A stretch of 34,509 bases of DNA, from contig NW_014040548.1 of assembly GCF_001186125.1 (NCBI RefSeq), positions 169,690 through 204,198 of the forward strand, written 5' to 3'. A program made the position numbers and the translations under genes. Position 1 is the stretch's first letter. Every line of letters starts with the position of its first letter. This document shows, piece by piece, positions 16,701-28,958 of this stretch. The DNA comes from Sphaeroforma arctica JP610 (lineage: Eukaryota). The notes beneath the pieces are model-generated. The model was given only the letters and a program-made list of their open reading frames with translations. It did no database searches and was not told the origin of the DNA.

Positions 16701-19700
16701 CCGCAGACCATATTCGCCAATCCTTTGGTTTTATTACTGAGCGTCCGGGTTGTTTCAACCGTCTCAACCCATATGTTCGTACTATTGCTGCTGATGAATT
16801 CATATCTGTGATTATATTTCTATTGCTGACACCTGTACCCCTCCACCTAACTCTGCCACATCAGTCTGTTCTCCATCTCTGTCATTCCGCTGGAGACGGC
16901 GATGGGTCTGCCGCTGGTGGACAAGCGACCGAACAACGACGATCTGCTCATTAATATGGCCCAATCGGTAAGGTCACAAGGATCGCACGAAGCATTCAGC
17001 CAGAATTCTTGTTATTTATTTATCTTGTGGCAAGTAGGTCTGGTGTAGCTGTTCCGAGGCAGCTATGCTGTATATTATGTTTGTATTGGCTATCTACTCC
17101 CAGCGCACGCGTACTATTGTATACTAATTGCGGTATTACCACAGGACTATTTGAAGACTCTGATTGGCATCGATGCTGTGCTGGTGCTGAGTGGAGCTGT
17201 GCTTACAAGGTTTGTGGCAACATTTCTACGCTCGTCGTGCCAATGCGTCGAAGTTTGTACTACATTTCAAACACCTTACAGTATATGTTGGTACCTTCAC
17301 TGCCATTGATTATTCTGTTGTAGCCCAATCTATTTTGACGATGTGCCAAAAAAAATCAAAGGTGGACACGCTTGTTGTTTTGGTTCCCAATTCAGCTGTC
17401 CCTCGGGGCGATACAATACTACCACTTACATCGATCTCGCCCAATTTCACGTAATTTTTATGGCTATCAGTTATGTCGGTGTGACCGGTCTGATGAGGCG
17501 GATGGCGCTGGATCGTTGTCTGCCCAACTTCTTCCTCAAGGAGAACAAGCTCAGGGGTAAGTTACTTAGCCTTTCCTAGACACGTGATCGGAGTGATTAT
17601 TCCGCGAGTTTTTCTGGCATTTTTTTTCTTCCAATTACGTTTTCTGTGCTACCGTTTGTGGCACGCATGAGACTGTTATTGCATACGAAAACATTCGTAG
17701 TATAGATGAGTATCAGACTACTGACATGCTATAAGCCACATCAGAGTGCTAACTGGTAGTTCTAACCTACTTCAGGGACGAATCATAACATCATCATCAT
17801 GTTCTTCTTCACCTGCACGTCACTGTACTTTGTAATGGATTGCAATAAGGTGGTGCTGTCAGGCATTTACACACTGAGGTAGGTCTGTGTCAAATTGTTT
17901 CTCTACAATGCACCCAGAACGGGGTTCTTTTTTTTGTCTCACACAGTTGTTGCTAGTCTAACATATCGGTCGCGTTCTGTCGAGTCTTGTCACTCGTTTA
18001 TTTTTTCCGCGAGCCCACATACATATCTGATTTTTCTTGTCAATCCTTCATTATGGGAAGCACGCACTTAAACCCTTGCTCATTCGTTTTACAATCTAGT
18101 TTCCTCTCCGTGATGTTCCTGTTCGGCATGGGCAACCTGCTACTGAAGTGGAAGCGACACAAGATCAACCGCGTCAGTATGTGTTAACCCAAGTAACGCG
18201 GCGAATTGTTTGTTTGTGGCAGTGCTTTATTGTTCGAGAAATTGGAATGGATCATATTGTGTTGTAGAGTATATCACCTGAGAGTCAATTTTAAAAGGGA
18301 ACTTTCGGCTGCACTTGCAACATTACCGAACATATCTGTCTTAAATGATGGGCTAGTCTGCCCTACCAATATCTTCATTTGCGCTCAAATGTTATTAACA
18401 AGTAATTGGCACTAGGTTTCTCACATTCACATCAAAATCTTATTTAATAACTTTTCAGTTTGTTTGGCGATCCATATATTTGATAGTTTGCTATCGACCA
18501 CGATAAAACAGTATTGCATCTCATGCTAATCTACGTTCCCCATCCGCACTCTCTCTCTCTCTCCCTTTCAACATCTCACTCACGACAGTCAAGGCATCGG
18601 TTACGCAGGTGCTGCTGGCCATGGCATTGGTGTTCGCTGGGTTGGTGGGCAATATGCTACAAAACATCAAGTTCATCAAGTGGTTCTGCCTCTACCTATT
18701 CGTGTGCCTGATAGTCATCGAGTTCATGCTCTACGTAAGTTCCCACTTCTTCGTGTCGGTTTCTACCGTTTGTTTCATCTTGTGTTTGGAAGTAATTGCA
18801 GCGCCACTGTGGTGGGCCTTCTGTTAATAGCTATGGTGGATTCGCTTTGTCTGTACTGCAGAGAGACGTCATTCTGAAACTCGCACTCAGTAGGCTGGTC
18901 CATGTGCGACATGAGCGTTTCTCCCTACTGGGGTATAAGGTATGCTAACTGTATGACACGTGTCTTGGGCTGTATTTTATATGCATGCCTATCAATGTAT
19001 GCTAGATTGGCGTGCGGAGTATACAAGTGCTTGCCAAGAAATTCATGCCGGATTACCACTTGTATTTTATGTATTCGGTTTGACGCCAACGTCTAATAAT
19101 CATTTTCAAGCCTGTAGATACTTAGTGTATGGTATAACGTAGCTATAAGATGCTGTGTAGTGCTCAGACACCACAATCAGCATTCGTCTTGTTACTTGTA
19201 GGCAGATCAGACTGTGCTATCTGCTGAGATGACTCCTCAATTGTCCGTATAGTCCCTGACCACTTCTCGAGTGGGAAGGGACCACATTGCGCGTGCTGTT
19301 TTAGCTTCTGCCTGGTACACGTATACTTCGTTTTCGCATTGACGCTTCTCGATCCATGCATAAAGCAGCCTACGAGGTATCTCTCTTTGCCCAGATCTAC
19401 GACAGGTTGGCGATAAATCCTCTGTGTAGACTGGGTGTGCTATTTTTTGCGCCTGTTATGCATTCAGTGGGCGAAATGATCGAAAAGACACCCAAACCAT
19501 AGAAGGCAGGTGTATACCTGTTTGCTTTGTTGATATCACATACAAGCATGTCCATCGCACTACTATTACGATACGTAACGCATAGTCTGATCTATGGTTT
19601 ACCCTCTACGCTGTAACACCTACTAGCCCACTGAATGGCTGATGGACCAAGTGGTCAAGACCAGTGTCAGGATCAAGAGCCAAAGGATGATCTTCTTCGT

Positions 19701-20634
19701 AAAGGTAGGTATGCAGCGCACGTAGCATCGTGTGATTATAATTATTTCTCACGTTTTACCCAGAGCATGAAACTCTATCGGTCCAGCCCCTATTGAATAC
19801 TAGAAGAATACCCAAGTTTTGCATTGGAGTCCACCAATGCCATCTATTCTACACTGGATGGAGCTCACCATTGCCATCTAGGCAGTCAGCTCAACTTTTC
19901 TGATGTTCGCACGTACATGCAGGACCAAAGTATTGTGGTTCTCAACAAAGCCTGTCTATACGTCCGCGGCAACGAGCAAACGAGTTGGTAAGTGTCAAGC
20001 CAATTTGCGCACGAGCATGCGCTATGTATATACATAGGTTGAGTGATGTATGCAGTTCGGTTTTTTCCGTTTGGGCAATCGTAGAATCGCTAAATCGTAT
20101 TCCCACTTCAGCTTATGTCAACTATAACAAATCGAATTGGATACAGGTTACAATTTGTCCATGTCTATCAAGACGAGAGTGAGATAGCGAGGATCTCCAA
20201 GGACATCCAGCTACTAGACCAGATTTATCCCAAAATGCGGTAAGCCCATCTCGCCCCAATACGTTCTGCGTCTTTTGTATCGCTAATTTTGTCTTATACA
20301 CATTCGAGAGTTTCCAAAACATGCATTGCGCTATAGTCGGAGTACATCACCGCGTTGTTGATTCGAGGTGTATTAGCAATCCATGCCAATCGATTAACCT
20401 AGTGACGGATCAATGCAATGTGCTAAGTCTTCTCATTCTATGTGCATACGTCGCATTCCTCTTCACTCCAGATTCGACTTCATCGCCATCAAGGGAAGGT
20501 TTGATAGAGAAGAGATTGACATGATCAGCGACTATCTCAGAGTGCCCAAGCATTTTATGTTTATAGCCTGTCCCGGCCAAACCTTCAAGCAGGACATTGC
20601 CAAACTGGGAGGCGTCAGAATCATCACGATATAG
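12777..20634 (+). CDS. APC-superfamily amino-acid permease with C-terminal soluble domain, 16 exons, ~735 aa
   Basis: Exons: 12777-13024, 14675-14831, 15171-15295, 15462-15697, 15998-16382, 16865-16967, 17145-17209, 17471-17556, 17776-17878, 18100-18176, 18589-18734, 18862-18939, 19627-19704, 19923-19987, 20147-20239, 20472-20634. All are GT-AG and phases close (2208 nt). Motifs: [100 protein letters not shown]. Confidence 0.93.
13130..13960. repeat. Compound (TA)n/(CA)n/(TG)n microsatellite tract in permease intron 1
   Basis: Directly visible; includes a (CTA)n run and an N gap. It produces spurious YIYIY ORFs. Confidence 0.95.
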
Positions 20635-22266
20635 ACCTCTAAATAATTATTAGCATAATATACGTAAAATCTAGAACATTAGCAAGCCGTGTCTGCAATG
20701 GATATCACGTCCGACAGAGATTGGAAATAAAGCCTGGATTTCAGGAAAATGACGATCCAGCCGGATTATAAGGACCAGAATGTCTATAGAATTCGAATTG
20801 AGTGGGCTGTCAGTCAGTCCTCATTTATGTGCTGTATACTGTGTATACGGAGCGCAACTACTTGTCGGCCTAACAATCTGGCAATCTCTTGAGCTGGATG
20901 TAGCATTTGTCAACGCGCTCATGCTCATCATATACCATCGAATCGTCGTGTATGCATACATGAAGCGTTCGCCTCGCACTTAGTCCAGTGAGTTTGGACT
21001 CGGATGAGTGGCAAATGACAGTCGATTGTGAGATTGGGTCGTGCATGAAGAAAGTTGGGTACCGTAAAACAACTTGTCGCCATTAGAGTTATTAGCTTTA
21101 CCCATCCAGTAATTAATCAGATGCCATGGTCCCACCTGTAATTAATTGTAAGCTGGTTTGTGTTGTAAATACGGACATACCAGTACAATTCTGAAACTTC
21201 AGCATCCAGACATTGAATTGTCTGTAGACAAAGCATATATACATATATAAACAATATAAGGATATAGATATACCTCCGTGCATGCAGTAGAGGGTCAATA
21301 GTGCTTCCTTTCTATGCATATACAAAACAATATACTATGCCTAACATTTGAAAACCACGTCCATGAGAAATTCATCGCCAGGATTTGGCTCGGACCATAG
21401 TAGAAGAATCGATGTCAACAAGAAGGATATGTTAATTGAGGGATACCAGGCTCATCTCTAGTATGACAAATTGCGTAAAATGCATAGTGTCAGCTAAAAT
21501 GTTTAGTGGTAGCTTTGAAATTCATACATATTTGTACGACGGGCGCCCAGCATGCTGTCCTATAGTGCCACGTGGGATTGATTCCGAAGTTTCCAATCCC
21601 TTCGCGGGTGAGTCAGGTTATGATTACTGAAGTATGTCCATCCAGCAAACACACTCGCCTAGGGATGGTTCAGCTAAATATTGGTCACTCAATACACACG
21701 CACCACGTGCGATCTACCGATTGCCACTGTTGCGACATATTTATCTTTCGAGACATTCTGAGTATGCCCAAGCATATGTATACGACCATCTTTGTCGATA
21801 CTGTGATGATAAATCGGCTTAGTGAAAGTATAGAACGGGATCCAGGTAGGCAAACCAGACAACGGGAATGGTATCCAGTACTGATTAACACTGATACGCC
21901 TTTTCAAACTCCGCGGACACGAAGAGAAGAGGTTCACATAAAAAGCCAAAAGGTTTGGGATTTGGTGGATTCGCATATATCCTTGGAAAAGCTATACTCG
22001 AGGGCAATTGCGCAAATACTACTACGCCTATATAGGGTCTACGTGAATTGTTGTTGTTAGGGACGTCATAGAAAAGTTGATGAACTATGTAGATTGTAGT
22101 TGATATGTAAATACTCCCTCTATATTTATTTCCATAAACATACTCTCTTTCTTTTTCTCATAAATATGCCCGTTGTTGATGTGGATAGGGCTAGTATTCG
22201 ACCCGCTTGGTGTGCAGTGCTCACATACACACCTCGTAAATAGTACTCATCTGTCGATTCAACACA

Positions 22267-22720
22267 ATGAATGGAACTTCGTTAATGATGGAGGACATGG
22301 AAAATGACCTCATTGTACAGGAGAATAGATCACCCGGAAGGGCCCGACAGCAAAGCAAGGTATATAAATAGAATCCAACGTGTGAATGAATTGATCACAT
22401 AAGGACGGATGATCGTATATGTGGGCTGCTATACAGTATTTCGTTTGAGTTTTTGTCGTTTGCTTGATGGTTTGTTGTGCTGACCTTGTCACTCCATATA
22501 GATAGTTGCTATTTTGATACTGTACATACCAAAGCTAACTTGCACTAAGGCATTTGTTCTGCGCTTAATATTAATACGGTTTATGCACCACTAAATGGAC
22601 TATTGGCCATAGCTTTCAACACAACGGACTCCATCAGCCTGGTGTTTACTATATTGATAGCAAGACTTTCTTGGCACCCTCACAATATCAATTTGTATAG
22701 AGTTTACAATTTCCATATGT

Positions 22721-22769
<49 letters not shown>

Positions 22770-22898
22770 AATATATATATATATATATTCTTTATATTTT
22801 AATTTATTTATATATATACGTATATATCTATATATATATATATATATATCTACATACATATTAAGTGTTTATAAACTATAATGTACATGTGGAATCTA

Positions 22899-22966
<68 letters not shown>

Positions 22967-23067
22967 GAAGTGTTTATAAACTGTAATGTACATGCGGACA
23001 TCTAATTTATATAAATATATATATATTTATATAAATGTTTATATATTTTTATATACATGTAGACATT

Positions 23068-23109
<42 letters not shown>

Positions 23110-23248
23110 TCTTTGTGTTTGCGTTTGTGTTTGTATTTGTGTTTGACTTGTGTATTGTGTTTGTATTGTATGTGTTTATGTGTATATGTTTATGTGTGTT
23201 GATGTATATATATATGTTATATATATGTGTTTTTGTGTTCGTCTTGAT

Positions 23249-23294
<46 letters not shown>

Positions 23295-23405
23295 GTATAT
23301 ATATATGTATATATATATATATGTATATATATATGTATATATATAAATTTATATATATATTGTGTGTGTGTGTGTTATGAATATATTTATACATCCATAT
23401 TACAC

Positions 23406-23441
<36 letters not shown>

Positions 23442-26400
23442 ATATATATATATGTATGTATGTATGTATGTAATATATACATATTTGTTTGTTTATATAT
23501 AGAGAGTGTGTGTGTATGTGTGCGTGTTGGTCATGTTTTCGTATANNNNNNNNNNNNNNNNNNNNTATATATACATGTGCGTGTTTGTGTTTGTGTTTGT
23601 GTCTAGATAAATGTAATAATCTATGCCTAAATGTTTTACATGTGTTTCTCTATGTGTACACTTCAATTCGTACTGGTATGTAGTTACGTTTGTTCTTTGA
23701 ATTGCACAAGCATATTATTTAGTTGAGTGTGTTGTGTAATGTATGTGCTTGCTCTTCTATCACTTGACCGTCTAATAAGTAAATCACTTCTTCATTATCA
23801 TATAAATGTGAGCGTAAATTGGGTTTTCTTGTATATGTACAAACGGATTCATGCAGATCTGAACGACTCCACTAAGTGTAATCTTTATGGGGTTTGTTTT
23901 CAAGGTAGTTTAATAACTCGGCTCATAGTTCAAGTTTGTTAACATGTTACGACTAGTCACAAGCTGGTTGTTGTTATAGGGAAAGTCGTACAGTGATAAA
24001 TTAATACGGGTATCACTAGAAATTCAGTGTCACATCTGTTATTCTGTACCATTTGGGACGACTTCAGCTTACAAATGAACTGACCATTAGCCTACCTTCG
24101 CTGTCTTCACTTGTTGCAGAAGTTCGACCTACGCAGAATATCCAAGAGTATTATTATCAGTGTATGTGTGCTGCCGAGTCTGCCATTAGTTATGCGCGTG
24201 TGATGCCAACCTGTGACCGCTCGCACCTGCCGCTTGTGTACAACGCACGACATAGTACCCAAGAAATTTATACAAGTCACACATCACTGGTGTTCGTGTG
24301 TAGATAGAATTGTATGTGTATATTTGCAGGGGTGCGAGTGTGGGTGGGTGTATATAGTATGTACATATGTGTTTATGTGCGCACAACTAAAGGTGGTGCC
24401 ATGCTTCTTGATCGAGCCAGCATGTTGAATTTCATTGTAAGCTTCACAATCTCCGTGTGCTATTTGGAAGCCAGTTTGCGGAAAAGATTAGGGCAAACAC
24501 TTCACGTTTAGTGACTTCAGCCCTGGTTGTTGGGGTAACTAGTCACTCAGTTCGGGAAGATATATATTCCGATGTTTTCTAACTATTTCGCATGTCTTCA
24601 TTACTACCTCTCAGAAATCGAAGAGGCGGATGCTGTATATATTGCTAGCTACTGCGGTGATGCTATTCTTGGTTGCTGGTGGCACTACGGCTATAGTAGT
24701 TGTGAACGACGATGATACAACAGACGCATCACACGCACAGGCTGCCCAGGGAGCCGACACCGCCGATAGTTAGTATGTGGTGTGTACGTTTCACAAGGCG
24801 CCACTGGTGCCCGGCGCAATATCCATGTTGTGTATGATATTTGAATACATCAGTTTTCTCCTCACGGACTCCCCTTTATTTTATGGTTTGCAACTGTTTT
24901 GAATTATATAGGGAAATTCGGGGGCTGATGCAACTTTCCAGTGCAGGGCCGCATATATGGTTTTCATCGTGCAAAAGGAAAAATGCATGCATACGTTCAG
25001 ATACTGTTGTTTTCGCAAAGACTGATGCTGTTCGGTAAAACGTTTGTTTTAATATACATAGTACAAACCATGTACAATAAATGCGCTGTCCGACATGACA
25101 TTCGAGCCTCACATTCTCTGCGTCTATGAACCTCTTTCACAATTCAACAAATATAGGAGACTTTTTAAGACATATGTTTTCGAAGTATTCTGTTGTGACC
25201 TATTTCTACCAGCATGCACACTTGCTACCTGTAGGTCATTCGAAATGCACTATACCTACAAGCAGTTTAACTACTCTCTCCAAATATCTGGGTGTGTGTT
25301 CTGTCTTTCGAATTCTTCTAGTCCCAATCCGCATGGCTGAAACGGAACTATGCGGTTGTTACCTACAGCGCCGCTGCGGCCAATGTCAATCACAACCCCA
25401 ACAAAGTGAACGCAGTCATGGATGAGCAACAGGCGAACAATGATGTTGAGGGCGATGACGAAGACCAAGCGGACGTAGCTGACGAAGAAAACGATGACGA
25501 CGCAGACGCACAGGAAGACAATGATGGAAAGCAAAACGAACCAGATGAACCAGAGGATGTGGACAACGGGCCTGATTTGGAGGCGCTAATTGCCGCACAT
25601 CTGGAGTCGGATGGCATGGCATCGAATGGCGTGAAGGCGGTCTCTGACTTTATCCACAAGACGTATAGTGATGTGGACGTCGATTACTTTGAGGGAGATA
25701 GGTGGAAAACTAGATTGCAGAAGCCGCAGGATGTGGCATTCAGCTCGCCTGTCAACATATTTTGGAATGTGAAGGTATGTATGATCATGTTTGCTAATTG
25801 CTGGGAGTACACAACTGTAGACACGTGGCATGTAGTTATATCTTGTATCTCTGTTTTTGTGTACGTGTGTATGTGTATGTATCAGTTGGTGTTTAGGTTG
25901 TGTCTTCATATTTGTGCGTTTGGACATATGTGAGTGTCTCTTTGTATGTGGCTTTGTTTGTTTGTCAGTGAGCGGGAGACATTCTACGTTTTTCTTCCAA
26001 TTTAATAGTTCTTTTTATGCTTTACTTCGGTAAGACCTGCGTGAGATTTTATAGGCGTCAGTGATAGTCAATTGATGACATTTTCCACGAGTATTCCATC
26101 ACCTTCAAATTTTTGTCCTAATATGGTTATACCTTATTATTTGCAGACAAACATGGGCGCTTTGAAGTTCCAGCTCCGACCGGACTACGCTAGATATCAC
26201 TGTGCCAATACAGTCTACCTGTCGCTTTTGGGTTTCTACGACAACACGATCTGGCACCGCATTATTCCTCAATTTATGGTAAGTCATCCTAACAGTTTTC
26301 GGTACGTGTTCCTGTGTTTCGTGGTTCCTGCTTCGCTTCCTTACGATTTGCACCATTATTTATACAATATTTTCCTGTCTCTGTTTTTGTACGTATACAT

Positions 26401-26889
26401 ACCAGACACTGTAGAATTCATCTCCCCCTATGACTTCATCCAATACCCGACAGCCGGTGCAAAAAAAAATACATAATTCCCAATACTTCGGCCTCCTTAA
26501 TCAGAGGTCCCCATATCGTTTTCCTGTAATTGTGCGTTTCAACGTGCTGCACTCAGCTGGTGTCCGAATGAGATGTGTACGTTGTTTTTATGACCATTAC
26601 ACAACGAAATTCTCTATTCAGAATGTGTTTCTAGAGATACTTTCAATTTGTCTCTATTGTCTTCCTCTAATGTTCAATTGATGTTCGGTTCACGCAGGGT
26701 CAATTTGGAGACCCCACTGGTACCGGCGGAGGCTCTCCAGGTAAGCATTAATGTACTAAATACTGCACAGAAGATCACATTCAATTATGTTGTGTTTTCG
26801 GTGATCAATTAGTACAACCAGTTTCTGCGATAGACAGACTACAATAGAGTTGGCCTTAGAAATATGTAACAGTCAGTCTCTATGTGCTG

Positions 26890-26929
<40 letters not shown>

Positions 26930-26966
26930 TTACACTTACATTTACATATATACATATATACATATA

Positions 26967-27011
<45 letters not shown>

Positions 27012-27021
27012 TCATTTATTT

Positions 27022-27068
<47 letters not shown>

Positions 27069-27101
27069 GTAGTCTATTTGTATGTACGTACGTATGTATG
27101 A

Positions 27102-27135
<34 letters not shown>

Positions 27136-27540
27136 ATATGTATATGATATGATGNNNNNNNNNNNNNNNNNNNNTATATGTGTGTGTGTGTGTGTACATA
27201 TTTTCAAATTCTATTCCCTGCAGTTTTTTACTCATCCTAACCCACATTCGCACTTCCAGGCTACAGATACTCGGGCGAGTTCAACAAGTCACCCGAAGCC
27301 AAGCACGACGGCCGAGGGGTTCTCTCCACAGCCAACGCAGGCCCAGGGACCGATGGGAGTCAGGTGTTTGTACTATTCGCGGAGGCCAGACATCTGAATG
27401 GGAAACATACCGTGTTCGGGCGTATGGTGAGCGGCGATGATACACTAGACAAGATTGAGAAGGTCGGATCACGCTCTGGCGCGCCTTCGAAAGAAGTGCT
27501 TCTCGAAAAGGCGTGGATCAGTGTCGAGCTCCCGTACTAA
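22267..27540 (+). CDS. Cyclophilin-type peptidyl-prolyl cis-trans isomerase with N-terminal transmembrane anchor and acidic stalk, ~384 aa, 7 exons
   Basis: Exons: 22267-22359 and 24120-24161 (both tentative), 24615-24772, 25369-25774, 26147-26278, 26698-26740, 27260-27540; phases close (1155 nt). Motifs: [63 protein letters not shown]. The hydrophobic stretch [25 protein letters not shown] follows KSKRR. Confidence 0.9.
22725..23602. repeat. Compound (TA)n/(TG)n/(TTTGTG)n tract in putative cyclophilin intron 1
   Basis: Directly visible; contains a ~45-bp unit repeated 2-3 times and an N gap. Confidence 0.95.
26892..27195. repeat. (TA)n/(TG)n microsatellite tract in the last cyclophilin intron
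   Basis: Directly visible, with an N gap. Confidence 0.95.
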
Positions 27541-28958
27541 ATTGTAGATAAGATTAACAATAACATACAATAAAAAGATGAAGATATGTTTGCTTTTCCA
27601 TGGTTGCTTTGCATTTATTTGCCCGTATTTGGTGGCACTCAAGAGAGAATCGAAAATATCTGTGCAGCGTGTTTACTTATGAATCCGCATCCATCGCTAG
27701 GTGACGCACATTATTCGTGGACATGGTTCACGCACGTGCAGATGCAAATTACCGATAATGCGTCTTACGTACATGGGAATACGAATGTCATATCCCGGAT
27801 TGGTAAGCAATATTCTTCGTTGCAATGCTGCATACATGAATGAGATTGTAGTATCTGGATCATCGAGCGTTCGTGTATATCATTAAAAACCTCTACGATT
27901 TAATGTGTACATCTTGAGAGAGGCAAAATCATTGTCCACTACATGTATTTCCAGGTGAGCGTTGTCGGCTTGCTATCAATTTTACAGATATAGTGATCAA
28001 CTTCAATACACTTATACGAAACTGAGTATAGATGTGTTTCGGTGGGGTTTTTCGCTTGCAAACTTGTAGACTTAGACTTATCATATAACAGTCTGTATCG
28101 TCAATTATAAATACATATTTTCCTAATTAATTGATGCATGTATAACGGTTTACATATCCACTGAGAACTGTGCCACGTACAGGTTTACGCCTCCATGACA
28201 ATTGCATGGTACGCTTCTTGTTGTGCAACTGATATACACTTGTAATATTTGCAATGATAGCCACCCTCAGATTCGGCACTACGACATTCGAACGCTGTCA
28301 CGAGGACCCAAACGACAAGGATCTAGGTTGAGCGTTACTTCCACACATATACCCTTCTGGTGGCTCTAATTAATGTGAGTACACAAACCACATCAGCTAT
28401 TACTTAGCAGTGGTGCACTACGCAATGCGCTCATAGACTATGAATGCGAGAAAGATGATATACAACATATTCGACGACAACGATCTGGCCAGCAGAAGAC
28501 ATCGTTCCGCATTTCGAAATTTATGAGGGCACCAAAATAAATACGATTGCAACTTTCCGATTTCTCACTTACTAAAAAAATTGAATTTAGGCCGAAACTT
28601 TAAAACGAATCATCGGGAAAGCTTGAAAGTACTCCCAAAGTCATGTGTACCAGACACTTCTTAATTATTTAATTTCCCTATATAAAAGTCCCTGTACAGA
28701 TCCACCCGTCTTCCGGAGACGTGCATTGGCATGTGTTTGAGAGTACAAATGCCGTGTGTACCAAAAACAACGCATTCCGTTTCTCCTGTGAAACCGATCG
28801 ATCGTTTGTTTTGATCACATCAGCCCAGAGTACTACAATCCACAGCCCTACAACGCGACATCATATCGGATACGGGTATCAGCTAATTAATTAAATACAA
28901 GCAAGATAGGCAGTTGCTACTGCTATCTACTCACACTTTACAACCATCCCTAAACAGT

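Noticed and set aside
16968..17144. Possible 9-nt microexon supplying the 'xGG' expected between MAQS and DYLKTL in the permease
   Set aside because: No in-phase AG...GT candidate was found, and the exons already join in frame.
21572..22060. 162-aa plus-strand ORF and overlapping minus-strand ORFs between the permease and cyclophilin
   Set aside because: No recognisable domain, non-ATG start and no convincing splice structure.
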